This document shows positions 1-13,635 of a DNA stretch of 64,000 nt, piece after piece. The stretch is from Epiperipatus broadwayi. Lineage: Eukaryota > Animalia > Onychophora. Position 1 is the first letter of the stretch. Each line of letters opens with the position of its first letter. The position numbers were made by a program, and so were the translations under genes. The stretch is taken from contig JAQFVV010000005.1 of NCBI GenBank assembly GCA_028023455.1, positions 10,044,001-10,108,000 on the forward strand, read 5' to 3'. Below the pieces are notes generated by a model. It saw nothing but the letters and a program-made list of their open reading frames with translations, was not told where the DNA came from and ran no database searches.

Positions 1-290
1 TGAATTGTTTACCAGTCACAGAATTGTGTCACATGGGTGTGGAGTGTATAAAACTCATAAAGTGAATGAGCAAGGCATTCCACTTGGCCAAACATTCCTT
101 TGGTCAATTTTTCTCTCAATGTGCCCTCTGGGTAGAAAATTGTGTTGTGCTTAAACTGAGATAGTCCTTATGGTGCTCATGCTGATTGCACACTTGTGTT
201 CAGCAATGAGGTTTTTGTCCATCATGGTGCTGGAGGAAGTCAGACAAATATTAGCAATCATCACCCCACCTTCAAAATAACAATAGATCA
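1..290 (-). mobile_element. Possible degenerate Tc1/mariner transposase fragment
   Basis: Minus-strand frameshifted translation gives 'CAISMSTIRT...' and 'WNALL-FT.E', resembling the Tc1 HTH_Tnp_Tc3 region (VS.STIRR) and the W..VLFTDES motif. Many disruptions. Confidence 0.3.
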
Positions 291-877
291 AATATATAAG
301 ACTTACCAGTAATCAAATAACCATGTAGATATACCATTGTTAGTGGAGAACTTTATAATTGTGGCATGAAATCATATGTTTTGAGACAATTTCATCCCAA
401 AATTTTATTGGGGGGGGGGTAATGAAACAGACATGTTGTTTGATATATATGCTGAAGTTTTCCTCCCTCCCCCATTTTAAAATGGTTTAAATTACAATAA
501 AAGCTGACCATTTCAGTGAATGAAATTTAGAAATGACAAATAAGTGACGGTGATTTGGAATCCTTTTTCTCACTCACATATAACAAGAAGTATGAAGTCA
601 AATTTTTTAACAAAGAAAATGAAGAATCAATATTTAAAATATACAGTGAAAAATTGGAGTACACATTTATTTAATGAATCTTTGAACATTGAAAAATTTG
701 CGGTTTCAAATTAAAATGTGACCCATATAATATGTTTATTTGTTAGAGCTGAATGTTTTCCAAAGTAAAGCACACAAATTTTATAATTAATTCATCAAGA
801 ATAAGTGTTACTTTCTTGCCTTAGGCAAAGGAAGTAAACACATTTGTGAAAATATGCAAAACTCCATGTGTATTGAC

Positions 878-1140
878 TGCTGGAGGGTTGCATTAGATCC
901 TAAGATCTAGGTGCAGTGCTACCAGATCCAAGGCTCCTCACTAATGAAGGCCACAAGCCAAAAACTAGTCTGATGATATTGGATGATTAGGCACTAGATG
1001 GGGATTTGGGGATTTTTTTGCACAAGCCTTCTGGCATCCATTGATTACTCTGACTTGCACTGAGTGGCAATATGTATAGAAAGTTTTGCCTGTTTTAATA
1101 AGTTATAAGCATGTATAAGAAATGGTGATCATGCTGATGG
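878..1140 (+). repeat. Copy A of a dispersed hammerhead-bearing repeat (CTAG family)
   Basis: Alignable by eye with 13894-14318 (-), 14325-14765 (+) and 24150-24330 (+). Shared blocks include ctggag.gttgcattagatcctaagatctagg and aaactagtctg..gatattggatg. Confidence 0.85.
936..975 (+). ncRNA. Degenerate minimal type-I hammerhead ribozyme motif
   Basis: CCTCA-CTAATGA-A-GGC cacaa GCC-AAAAA-CTAG-TC-TGATG. Stem I, stem II and the palindromic ACTAGT stem III are present. The core is mutated (CTGATGA>CTAATGA, GAAA>AAAA). Confidence 0.6.
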
Positions 1141-2278
1141 GAAAATATGTTGGTCAGCATGGGTGAGATCAAAAAGGACATTGACAAACACCATGGGAAG
1201 TTGGAGTATAAAGTGAGCAATGAATCAATACCAGGAGTTGCAGTTAATTGATTATAACAGTCACTTTGCAGTAAATAGCAGTTCCTTATTTAGTCATTCT
1301 ACAGCAAAGAGTTTAAATATTCAGACCAACTAAGTTTGGAACTACTGTGACCAGTAATTAAAGAAGTGCTGCAGTTAAAGAGAAACCTTAGATTACCATA
1401 AAACTGTAATATGAAGAAACAGCCTATTTATATGGTAAACACTAAAATGTTTAGCTAGTAAGGAATAGCTCACTTTTCTTCCCACACCATGGAAGAGAAC
1501 ATGAAGATGAAGAAATATGCCTAAGTGACCACATGTAAACCATTCATTTCTAAAGACAAATCTCCCTTTTAATGTGAAGATTGTACCATTCAGCTCTAAC
1601 GTCAACTTGAAGACCATCATGGAGATTTTAAAAGGTAATAAATCTCTAGAAGTTATTAAAACATTTTATTAAGATTGATGTAAGGGTGCTATGATGTAAG
1701 GATTTTACCAATATTTATCCACTTAATAATAATGCATATCCATTATTATAAGAAAGTTATTTTGATATTTGAAGTATTTAATAATATTTATGAAAATGTG
1801 TAAGAAAGCATTTTGAAAAGGGTAAAGTAAAACCCAGTTACAAAGTTATTTCAAATTATTAATTAGATGAATTGATGAAATATTTGAATCAAAGTTTAAA
1901 AAACAGATGGCATAATGGATAAAAGCCAGTGTTTATATGAAATTTAATTTCTTATTGAGAAAATGTAATTGCTACAAGTGTTATTAGAATGAAGAAGATA
2001 AAATAATACACATAAAATTGTTAAATTGCAATTGCTAAAGAAGTATTTTATATGTGCGCGGATTAATTTAAAATAGATATACACTGATATGTGTATACAT
2101 TGTAAATGCTTAATGTTTAACCGAGAAAGAATTAATATTTTATATATGTGAGGATTAATTTAAAGTAGACATACCTTGATATATGTACACATTGTAAATG
2201 TTTAGTGATTGAACAGAAAGGATTAATTCAAATATAAGTCAAGCTAGCACTTAGGAGTGTACTGCCATAGGGAATTAA
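1140..2278 (+). mobile_element. Probable piggyBac-like transposon remnant (C-terminal transposase part and right end)
   Basis: Stop-riddled frame reads 'SMGEIKKDIDK...AVN*L*...DQLSLELL...GIAHF...TTCKPF...F*CEDCTIQL', resembling the piggyBac YN..MGGVD, AVVNSWLLY and Cys-rich C-terminal motifs. Possible end ...GCCATAGGG(AA)TTAA at 2264-2278. Confidence 0.4.
2046..2230 (+). repeat. Diverged tandem duplication, ~95-bp unit x2
   Basis: ggattaattt(t)aaa.tagA.atac...gatat.tgta.acattgtaaatg.tta appears twice in succession. Confidence 0.8.
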
Positions 2279-2310
2279 CCCATATTTATGACCCATATAT
2301 ATATATATAT

Positions 2311-5300
2311 TATACCCTTTTGATTAGATCCAAATGAATTCATTTAGTCAATTTTAAACAAATTTTAAATTAAGGATATATTTTAATTTGTATGACTACT
2401 GTGTCGTGTTGACAATGCTTTTAAAAGCTTTGTTAAAGTAAAATGAGAGTATTAAATGCATAAAACTATACAAATATATTAAAAATAGTCAAGTAAAGCT
2501 AAACAGTGTAATTTTGTATGGTTGGGAAAACTGGTCATAGTAAAATAGTATATTAAAAGTCTTCTTAAATAAGTGTTAAAAGTTAAATTTAAAATAATAA
2601 CTAAATATTAAATAAACTAGTGTATTGTGAAATAAAAATTATACTTAATAGTTGTATTATAAATTATTTATTTAAAATGTAATATTTTGTGGGGACAAAT
2701 GTGTTTAGTTTAATAGCATCAAAATTATTATTCTAAATTATATTATTATTCTTTAATACAATTTTTTTTTGCAATTAAACATTTATTTTTGTTAGTTGAC
2801 AGTAATTAAAAAAATTGATACACATTGTCTGATTTTAAAGGTCATGTGACACAAATATTCATACTTGTGTGCTTGCAAGTTTTTCTAATAAAGTTTCAAA
2901 ATTGAAAATTGTACTATAAAATTGAAAACATTTGTTGGTCACCAGACGGGATAAAAAAATTAGCTGTTATAAAATATATAATTAGTTTTTTAAAACGAAT
3001 GTAGTCAATAAAATTAGTTTTAAAAAAATAGATACATTAAAAATGAATGTTGGATAAAATAATGAAATATTATTTTTAAAATGTTATTTTAAAATATTTA
3101 GTTGGTTTAAATAAAAATGTGAAATTAGTTTAGAGTTAAATAATATAATATCTAATATTTTAAAAAGGATGAATCAAATTTTATTTTTAATTTTAATTGT
3201 GCAATCTTGGTTATATGTAAATTAGATCACCAGCTAAAGATTTAATAGCCAATTAAATCATCAGTTCAGTTTACTATAAACGCAGATGTTCACTTGTTTT
3301 TGTGTGCTTTAATAAGTCAAACAGCTCTCTTAATTTATTATTTGTAAACTATTAAAGTATTGGATAGTGTATTGATTGGTATTCTTTTTAAAAAAGAGAA
3401 TATTAAAAAATTGTAAGTTTATTAAGTTACAATCATGCATTGTTAAAGCAACAAAGATTGCCTGTCAAATAGTCTATTGAAGCTTAATCTAGCTTCGTAG
3501 TAACTATGGAATTCATTCCAGTAATAATTGTATATTTGTGGAAAGAAAGTATGGAGGTACAGATACTAAATAAAAATATATTACTAAAAATATTAATGGA
3601 GAAAAATATAATATTGGTTATATTAATATCTCAGACATTGTTAAGAGAATTAGACAGAAAAGTTTGTGGGAAATTTAATGTAGATGCATTTTATTGTGAG
3701 AAAAGATAGCTATATCTGAACAAAGCCAAGTTATATGGTAAAATTTAAATTTTCAATATTTTGAAAATATATCGGGATTTTTTAAAAGAGTTGCAGTAAA
3801 TCTTTTAAAGAAAATATTCTTTTAAGAATTTATTATGAACTTTTATTTAAAATGATGAAGAGATAAAGATAGATTAGATTAATATTACTGCAAATATATT
3901 TTATACAACAAGTTGTTACTATTAAAGAAGACTACATTTATTTAATAATATAAAAAAAATGATATTGGAAAATTATCTGGAAAACAATACCTGGGTAATT
4001 AGAATTATCCTGACAAAATAACATTATGCTAATTTTATTAAATTATTAAATGCTAATTTCAATGAAACAAAAGTGCGTAATTTCCGTATGAATATGCCTG
4101 AATCCATATAGTCATGACATGCATCAAAAGCCTAATACAGGATCCTATGGAATGGGAAAAAACTCAGGAGAATTATTTTATAACTTCCCAGTGATATATC
4201 AATTTAATAATCATTATCCTGAAAGCTATAGATAATTGACTATAATTTTTTTGAACTTTCATTAAAGGATTAATGATTATTTTTATAAATAATTTCAGAT
4301 TTAAGAGTCAACTTGATTTTTTTTGTGTGTGAGTTATCATTAATGAATATGCCATGCTGAAAAAAAAAGCTCTGTGTTTTGTTCTCAAGTGTTACACAGT
4401 GGTTGTCATAGTAACAAATGTCAGGAGCAAGTATCTAAAAGGACTGATAATGAAAATATTAGAAGAAAGAAAGAACTTTTTATTTTTAAAATTACTTTAT
4501 AATGGATTGGAGTTTTTAATTATTTTTATGTACTACTAATATTATTTTTATTATTATTATTATTATTATAGGCAGGAAAATTACATACAAAATATCTACT
4601 AACATAGTATAATAATTATCGTAAAGAATATTTAATTTTCTGTAAAGTTTTTTTTTATAAATATTTTTTTTTGAGTATGATAGTTTTTGCTGAATAAATG
4701 CTATTAGTATTTAATATTTTTATGAAATGTGGACCAGAAAATGTCTAAAAGTGACCAACTAGCAATCTGTCACTATGGATAAAATTTATAAAATATTAAT
4801 TTTTACATGATGTATTTATTTTTGTTTTCTTTAGATTGTTTGGAATATTTCATAGTATTATCATATGAACGTATGGCATGTGTGAGTGCATTAAACACAC
4901 ATAGAACTTAGTATTATTATTGTAAAATATAAGTTAGCTTTTTTTAAAAAAAAAAAGATATGCATACTTTTCTTTTATATTACTAATGTAATATGATTCA
5001 ACAATGAAAATAATTTATATAATTCTTTAGTAAAGGAACTCTATCATTTAATTAAAGTATTGATTTAATGCATTGATACAAAATCATTTGTATTTCTATT
5101 GATGAATTTTGAAAGTGAAATAACCTTTTCTTGTTGAGTAGTTCTAGATTGTTGGAATTCATATATGAATCTTATTTATTGTTTTAGAAATATGTTTGAT
5201 AATTTTGGCGATGTAGATTGATAAATCTATTATGAAATTTTAAAGTGGTAGTGACCTTGGAAGAATAAAAAGAAACCAAAGGGATGCTTGTATGTAGGAT

Positions 5301-7420
5301 TTATGGGGAATAAAAAGTAATTTTATTATCTTAGTAATTATGCAGGTACAGATAATGAAACCCTGTAACTTGTATATTTCCATGGGCAGTGTTTTCCTTA
5401 GTATTGAGTATTAATGTTCCAAAGAGCTGAATAAATAGCCTGGACATTATTTTATAGGAGAGATTATTAGACAGAAAAGTTGTGCCTCTTTTCTTTATAT
5501 GTACTGTTGCCATGTTGATTATCTTATATGTTTATACTATTGAGTTAATACTCTAGTTAGTTCTTCATACCTATGCATCTGATCATTATTGTAATTTCTA
5601 AAGTTATTGCATCGTACAGAACAGTATTTTGAAGGAAAATAAAAAATAATTTTGGGAATTGTAGAATTGTTATTTTTGGAAGAGGATAAGATAGGTTTTT
5701 CTTACTTTGCATTATGTTAAGATCAAATACAAATGAGATTGAAAGTAAACTTAAACTATAAGGATAAAGAATCATAAATATTTCCATATTTTATTAAATT
5801 ATTTTTTAAAAAAAAGAAAAAAATATAAGTGATAATAAATTATTCACGAGATTTTTTGAATAATTTTTGAATATTTTTATCATACATGTAATGCATATTT
5901 TTAGAAGGATAATGCATCCAGAGAAACAACATAAAATAGGATAAGTACTTACATTTTGTAAATATTATTTTATGTTTAGAACACGCATAAACACACACAT
6001 AGGAATTTTTTTATTAAAGTAATGCCAAGCAAGATGTATAACTATGTTTTATTAAGTCCATTTATTTATTATTTAATGAACTAAAATTAAAAAAAATTTT
6101 TAAATAATGTCAGCACTATCATAGTAAAAGTTGTTTAATTAATTGAGTACAAAATCTATGAACATGTATTGAAAATAAGTGCTACTTCAGTAGTTTATGT
6201 TTCATATTTTGTGTATTTCTTACAGAAAACACTGTAATACAGGTCAATTGGTAAATAATATATTTTAAGCTATAATTGTATACATAATTATTAGTAGTAA
6301 TATTATTGTAATTATTGTAAAGAAATTTGAAAAGTTATAAGTCAAAGTAAAGCCTTATATATTTGTAGATTTTATTTTTTATTTTATTTTGAAATGAAAA
6401 AGTATGTAATTTACCCAAGATATAATTGTAAATAGTGTACATAGTTTATTTTGTTAAAAAGTTTTATAATAAAATTTTGTTAAACTTGTTTTATAAAGTT
6501 GTGCATTGCATTGATTCTTCACACTACCAACACATGATCTCCGGATATATAAACCAAACATAATATTTACACAGTATGAATATGATTATTTACTTAAGAA
6601 ATTATAGTGTTTTCTTAATAAAATTTATTTAAGAAGGTTTCATTTTACATTATCATTATCATTATGGTCATAAATTAATTATATAATTTATTGTATAGAA
6701 TTATAATATTATTCATTGCCACATATTCTCAGATTATCAGATTATACCACACATTCTATTTAAGATGCCATATGAAAGCTAAAAGATTATATTATATTAT
6801 TTATTGTTATTATTATTGATAATTACTATAACATGGAAAAGTAGATAAGATTGATAATTATACATTGAAGATTATTATTACTATTTGTTGTTGTTATTAT
6901 TATTAGTTAGGTGTAGTTGAGGGTGATACAAAATCCCTTATCTTGCTTGACTACAGAAACTTACAAATTGATTCGAGTTAGTTTAAAGAACCTTAAATTA
7001 TTATAGTCATATTATTTTAATATAGAGATTAGGATTTATTTATTAGTATTATATTAAATTTATTATTATTATTTTAAAGTTGTAAAAATGCTATGAATTT
7101 ATTATTATTTAAAATAATAGGGGGGATAGTATTCTTATGCCATTGAGGTTATTTATATCCTGTAGGATATTGGCTCAATGCAATTCTTTACTACTTGTAC
7201 TTCACTTCATTGTCTCATGATTTTATTAATATTTTATTTATTTAATTTATAAAACCAAACCATTTTATTATTTCTTATTAGTTAGAGCTAGTTAAATAAT
7301 AGATAGTATCATAGAATATCTTTATTATCGATTAGATGTATTTTAGCCTAAAATAACCATTTATCTGAGCTAGTCCTATATTATTATTATTATTATATAT
7401 TTCCCAGAAGTGAGGGTACA
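2311..7420. mobile_element. 5.1-kb TGT...ACA element, copy 1 (giant solo-LTR-like or non-autonomous Ginger-like)
   Basis: Colinear direct repeat of 50108-55222 over the whole length (roughly 75-80% identity by eye). Ends TATACCCT (G>A decay) ... AGGGTACA, with (TA)n on both sides. Confidence 0.85.
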
Positions 7421-7436
7421 GCATATATATATATAT

Positions 7437-9070
7437 TGTACCAGTATGTATATACACGCGTTGCACAAGTGTGCGTGTATATACGAGTTACATAGTTCAC
7501 TTGTTTTTATTTATTAAAAAATATATATAATTTAAAAAAAATATATCAGAATCAATACTTGAAAATATAGAAATTAAAATACAGGGAAATTTAGAGATAA
7601 GTTAGAAACTAATAATTATAACTTGTCTTTCTTTTATACAATATTATCTGATAAAAATATTCTTTAAGGAAAAAAAGGGTTTTTAATTTAAAAAATAAAA
7701 GGTTTGTGATTAATTAAAAAAGTATGTACAAAAATAATCAGGCTGGGAATTAAAATTCCAGACTGATTAGTTGAACAATTTCTAATCTCTGTAATTAAAA
7801 TTTGAAACAGAAATAAAGAAATGTAAATTATAATTAAATTTTTTGAGATAAAATGTGTTGAAGCTAGAGCAAGGGGGTGGAATCAGCGTAATATAAAGGG
7901 CAGACATTCTCTATTGTTTTAGAAAGAGTTGAGATAGAGTTTTGAATTCAGTGGTTACATTTTGAGTTCAGTCAGAGTTGTTAAGTTTGAATTAAGTTCA
8001 TTTCAAGCCAGATTAAAAAGAATGGTTGGCTAGAACCGAACGTTGTGTTTGGTCATTTTCTCCGCTATTCTCCCATGTGCCATTTAGCAAAATGCCATGA
8101 CATATTACTCTGACTCGCCTTCTGCCGAAGTTTCAACCCACCCTACTAAATTAAATAAAAATTAGGTAAACCAAGCCACCTGAACAAGAGACCACAAGAA
8201 GCTATCTTTCAGTTAAAAATACCAATGCCAAGGACCAAGATACTAACCGGATCCGAAGACAAAAGGGGTGATCACCCAACTACAAACTACAACCCAACTA
8301 CAAAAGAAATGTATGAACTATGATACCTACTATGGAAATTAAAGACAAATAGAATTGCTACAAAGACAATGTTGAAATGACAAATAAAGTCCAAAAGCAG
8401 TGCTATATATCCTAGGTAAATATTAATATCATGATAAAACTTTTTAAATCTAACTCGTTAAAATAAGCATGCAAAATTTATTAAATATGTAATATTTCTT
8501 ATGTGTTTACATTTTAATTATATCTTATTCTTGCGTTTATAATTATTATCATTGTTTTTTTTGTTTTTTTTTTTTAAATAAATTTTTGTTTAAAATTATT
8601 AATGTTGTTTTTTCCATCTTTCTCTCTCTCTCTCCATTCACAATCAAATGTGCATCCAGTCTCATATGTGAAGAGCTAGCCATGGGTCAAGCGCTTGAAA
8701 CATGTTGTTGACATCTCATGGATTCCAATCTCTGTATTGGATGGCGCCCTGGGTTTTAAACCCATTATAAATTCCCCATGGGATGTTTCATGTTTCAGGC
8801 AGCCGGAGAGCTACTTCGGTCTGGAAAAATGACTGTCGGTTTAATATTTTATTAAATCACAGTCTGACCGGGGATATGATTGATATGTAAGTATTAATCC
8901 TATTTACTCTCCTGCTTGAGTAACGGGTTTTTAAAAAGATATTTTGCAAAATAATATGATTTCATAAAATTAAAATAAATAATTAGAAAGTCTTTAAAAT
9001 TACAAGTTCGAGTTGTAAAGTTGAAAAAAGTCTTAAAAGGTGTAATCAAGCAGTTTTAATTCCCATTACA
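7437..9070 (+). mobile_element. 1.6-kb solo-LTR-like element
   Basis: ATAT|TGTACC...CCCATTACA|ATAT. Contains TATAAAGGG (~7892) followed by a cattctct/purine-rich tract typical of LTR R regions, plus AATAAA motifs. GC and CpG content are higher than in the flanks. Confidence 0.6.
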
Positions 9071-9185
9071 ATATATATATATATATGTTCACTAGGTGGA
9101 GCTTTACCAAGAGCCCACTATCAAGCTTTGTTTACATAAACATTGAGAGAGATAGAATTCAATATCTCTTTCAAATTGTCTCCAA

Positions 9186-9230
9186 CCTTTAAACCATGGT
9201 TTCAAGCTAGTTGGCTCATGTCAGTAAAGG
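9186..9230 (-). ncRNA. Degenerate minimal hammerhead ribozyme motif
   Basis: Reverse complement: CCTTTA-CTGAC-A-T-GAGC caacta GCTT-GAAA-CCATGG-TT-TAAAGG. Perfect 6-bp stem I and palindromic stem III. Core G8 is missing. Confidence 0.6.
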
Positions 9231-9699
9231 GTAGGAAGACCAGAAACTAAATCTAGTTTCTGGTATTGTTTTGAATAATTATATATATATAAAACAAGTA
9301 TCATAAGTCTTTCCTCATTATTGCTTTTTTAATTTCTGAAAGCATAAGTCTTTAAACAAAAAAAGGAATTGGGATCAGAAATGCTGTGATTGTCATTAAA
9401 GATAGAAATGTTGCACAAACCCACAATCCCATTACTACAATAAATATAAGGAGATATTCATTGACCTTAAAAGCTCACAATGACTGGCCCCTATAATATA
9501 ACTCAAGTGACTAGAGAAAGAAAAGAATGATACAAAAAATGTATCAGAATCAGTACTTAACCTTTGATGAATGAACACATCAGTAGTTATTGATTAGGCT
9601 CTATTCCTTTGTAATTCACAGTTTGTCTTCATATGTAATAGCCATTCCATTATCTGCCATCTATGAAGTCTGAGAAAAGCTTCAATACATGTTTATATG

Positions 9700-10030
9700 T
9701 ATACTGCATATAAAATACTATTCTTCATGAAGAGAGAAACCATAGTAAAAGAAAAATTAAAGAGGCAATTTTTATAAACAGGAATAAAATGCATTTAATA
9801 AATCGACAAGCTGCTAACATTAAAATACAAGATTCATGGAATTTGAATTGATGACGCTTGCTTCCACTTTTGTTTTTGAATTTAATGGCAGTTGAGGCAG
9901 GTTTAAGAAATTAACCGAAAGTACTTCTGTGGATTTAAGGATTGTTTGTAATAGTTTGTAAACCGTTAAATTTATTATTTCAATTATAATTACAATTTTG
10001 TTTTTAATTAATGGACATTTTATTTATTTT
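9700..10030 (+). mobile_element. Penelope-like element 3' fragment (GIY-YIG C-terminus plus HHR-bearing 3' end), family 1
   Basis: Encodes 'ILHEERNHSKRKIKEAIFINRNK'. Homologous to 55750-56030 (+) and 48700-48960 (-). Confidence 0.8.
9888..9930 (+). ncRNA. Hammerhead-like motif of PLE family 1
   Basis: GCAG-TTGAGGC-A-GGTTTAA gaaa TTAACC-GAAA-GTAC-TT-CTGT. Confidence 0.6.
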
Positions 10031-10040
10031 ACATATATAT

Positions 10041-13000
10041 TGTAACTGTAAATCTTCTCGTGGCCAACTATAGCCACCAAAGGCCATTGCCCTCTCAACT
10101 ACCTATTGTGCCGAACTCGTTGCGGCACCAAAAATTGTAACCATTTTTGGTTGTGTGGTCCCAATTACGTAACGTAAGTGCACGAAGAATTGTAACCTTG
10201 ATCACTGATCAATTCCCACTCAATTATTGTCATCTATTAAGAGCTGTAACCAAAAGCATATCATGCTATCTATTTTATGCACTAAAGATCACAATCAACA
10301 TCTTGAGCAACTTATCACAGACCAAACTAATGATCTAACATAAACTTTTATGATTTAATTTGATCGCAGCCAGGGTGTACCACGAAGACCTATCATAGTA
10401 GTATGATAAAATACATTAAACAAATTATAAGTGCAATGTTATTACTTTTAAACCTTAATTTGCGATTTTTATGGTATGCGACCCTATGGCCGACCATGTA
10501 CAAGATGGCATAATTTGTGGAACTACATAAGATTATGAAATTTTAAACCATCTATATGATTTTTAATACGAATGCTAGTCCAGGTAAAGCTTTGCAATAA
10601 ATAAATATAAATACTTGGGTTCTTTTTTTATAGTTTACTATATTATTGAGACTCTTATTATACTGACAAATGACAATTTAAAAACGTTAAGTAAATATAT
10701 TCAATCATGTCATTATCTGGTAAATCTGTTTACAAGTTTAATAATTAATTTATATTTTATACTAGAATCAACTACGCAAAGCCAAAATGATGGAAAAGGT
10801 AAATGGGATTTTATTGTACCTTACACATCATAAACTACCAAAGACGAAAAGCATCCAAATGTTTTCTCAAAAAAGATATTTATAAACTCTTATATCATGT
10901 TGACGATAATATGTAATTCAAGGTATGCTCTTCAATGTATGCTCTTCAATGTATGCTATTTAATGTATGCTCTTTAATGTATGCCCTATCCAAAGTTTAT
11001 GATTTCTGATTTTATGAATGACACATAGCAACGGCACAGTAAGTTTAATTATAAATCAACTTTTATTGACAAATTTATGAATAATAAGTAATTAATTCCA
11101 ATGTTATAATTAAAGACATAAATAAACAAATAAAATAAATAAATGATAATTCCATTGACTTTCTTCAATAACATCTCATAGGTACAGTTTTAAAATCTAA
11201 TCATACCTTATTTCAATCTAATATAATGAATATTGAGGAGATTATACGAAATTCAGCATCAAACTCATGAAATATTTAACGTCATTTCCAGATTCAATAA
11301 ATCCCTACCGTAAACTTATAATCATATAATAAATAATATTATGTCTGTAGGATTTAGCTATAATGTAATCATTAAATAAAGTGAAAATGTAAACTTACAT
11401 TCCGGTAAATAATAATCAACCAACAGTTAATTATCATGAAGTAACTTGAATAGAGTGTCCTGCTACAATTTAATAATCTAACTTATAAATTCTACTTACA
11501 CTTGAAAGAAGATGATTTAGCAGATCAACTAAAATACTTTGCCCAACTTATCTCTGTGAAGCAAACATATTCCTGTGGATGTATTCATCTACACGTAGGA
11601 ATTAAATAACACTAAACACTTTGGTGGATTTATACACCTTCATAAAGCAATAAGTACAAGTACACCATTCCACGGATTAACCACCAGCGCAGGAATGAGT
11701 GTAAAATACAAAAAATGGCAATTAAGTAATCTGCGGATTAACCACCAGCACAGATTAATGCCCTTTAACATTATAAAACAACATTACTATTTACTTCACA
11801 TTAAAGTGCAAAATCATCCTCCTCAGTTCTTCTGACCATTCAGAAAACGCTGACACTTTAGCAAATGTGGGTTCTTGCTTAATAAAATGTTACACTAATC
11901 AGGACAACTAATGTACTAACTTATCTTGCTTAAAATAAAACATAGGTAATATAGTATAAGTAATATTAGTATAGGAATATAAATCTGGAAAGACTTACAA
12001 AATACCTCATAAAGATTGATACATCTCATGAATTCATTTAGTACTGTTTAAGCTTTTTCGCGAGTGCTATTCTCTTGAATAAATATTTTATTCAACCCCT
12101 ATTAATTTAAACTTAATAAATATAACTTTTGAACTTCACATGCAAGTTCATATAACGATAAAATTAAATAATACATTATTCATCAAATACATAAAATTTA
12201 ACAGGTGTGTGTGTGATATAAATTAACTGTATAGCATTTTATAGTTCACTACATGAATTATAGCAGGTGCGTGTATCACAAATTGGATTGTATAGCATTT
12301 TATAATTCCAAATAGGATCCGTGGAATCCATGTACGATGCATCGAACAATATATATACGAAGCAATAACTATATCTTTAGTTGAATTCCATACATGCAAT
12401 TTTATCCGTTTGTATTTGTTATTATAATCACTATTAGATTACCGATTTTACGTGGCTACATAAACATGAAACAATTTCAAAAACATGACACGCAGAATTT
12501 AAATGAAAATGTTTTTCAAAAGTTATTAATCTCTACATTTCTCTATTAAAAATGTTCCAAGTTTATCACATCCATGCGAATATTTATTCATCCACGCTTA
12601 AATCTAGGAATACCAATTATAGCAATTAATTCAATCATTCCAACTGACGATAAAATTAGAAAATAGCTTTGATTAATTCTTTGAAGACTATTTATTATCC
12701 AAATGTTAAACAAATTAACTAGCAAATAGATTACTGTCATTGTAAAGTTGAATATCAATCAATACTATATTTTTATTAGAATTAGATACGGAAATATTAA
12801 ACTATGTTGATAACTTAACATTTTACTTGAATTTAAACTTCTTCTTTTTTTTAAAAAGCAAATTTTTATATTCATAAAAAATTCTGTAATTAAAATACTT
12901 ATTTAATTTTTCCAAATTGTAGAATAATAAACATTTTAAAACATACCAAATTCTTGCAATTAATTCTTTTAAATTTAAACTGGGAAGCTCCGACATTTTA

Positions 13001-13635
13001 AAAATGTAATATTGGGAAATTATTACCGGTGATTCGATCCACTTGGCCAGCCGACTTGAACAGACTTTTAAATTTAGCAATTCATCTTATAATTAATTAC
13101 CACTATGTTATATTTACGTTTATAGCAAATTTTGTGGTAATCCGTTTACTTATTAACTATTTTAAAATAAGCTTATCAAATTTACACCATTTGCCTTTTA
13201 CCATTTTCTTTTCTTTCTCCCTCCAAAAGCAAACTAACAGACGATCTTCTCCTAAATTCGCGCTCTTTTCTTTTTTTTACATTGAGACGCATACGTAATT
13301 ACTGTATTTATTTTTAATAATTAATTTTAACTGAATAAATGGTTCTGTAAATTTAATAGAAATAATTTTTAAGATCATTTTAAACAAATAAAAATAAAAT
13401 ATTATTTTTAATACTATTTTACCAAATTTTAATGTGTTGTCAGATTTTTAAAAAGTTAAACATTTTGATGTGAGTTAGTATATGGGAAGAGGCAAATTTA
13501 AATTTATCAAAATAATATAAGAGAGTAATCTGTTCAAAGTGCAAATCAAGCCCATCAAATCACCAAAAGAAGAAAGAGAAATTTTTATACTAGTTACATC
13601 AATTAATATATTTTATACTAAAATATATGGTTACA
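10041..13635. mobile_element. 3.6-kb TGTAAC...GTTACA element (solo-LTR-like)
   Basis: Perfect 6-bp terminal inverted repeat with ATAT on both sides (10037-40, 13636-39). Contains internal short tandem/direct repeats and is more CpG-rich than its flanks. Confidence 0.65.
10922..10987 (+). repeat. 14-bp tandem repeat (ATGTATGCTCTTYA) x~5
   Basis: ggtatgctcttcaatgtatgctcttcaatgtatgctatttaatgtatgctctttaatgtatgccct is read directly. Confidence 0.9.

Noticed and set aside
8665-8715. GTGAAGA...GCTT-GAAA-CATG-TT hammerhead-like string
   Set aside because: No stem I pairing and the core is mutated.
10922-12310. Short repeats as a CRISPR-like array
   Set aside because: Eukaryotic context, no unique regularly sized spacers, and at most two spaced copies.
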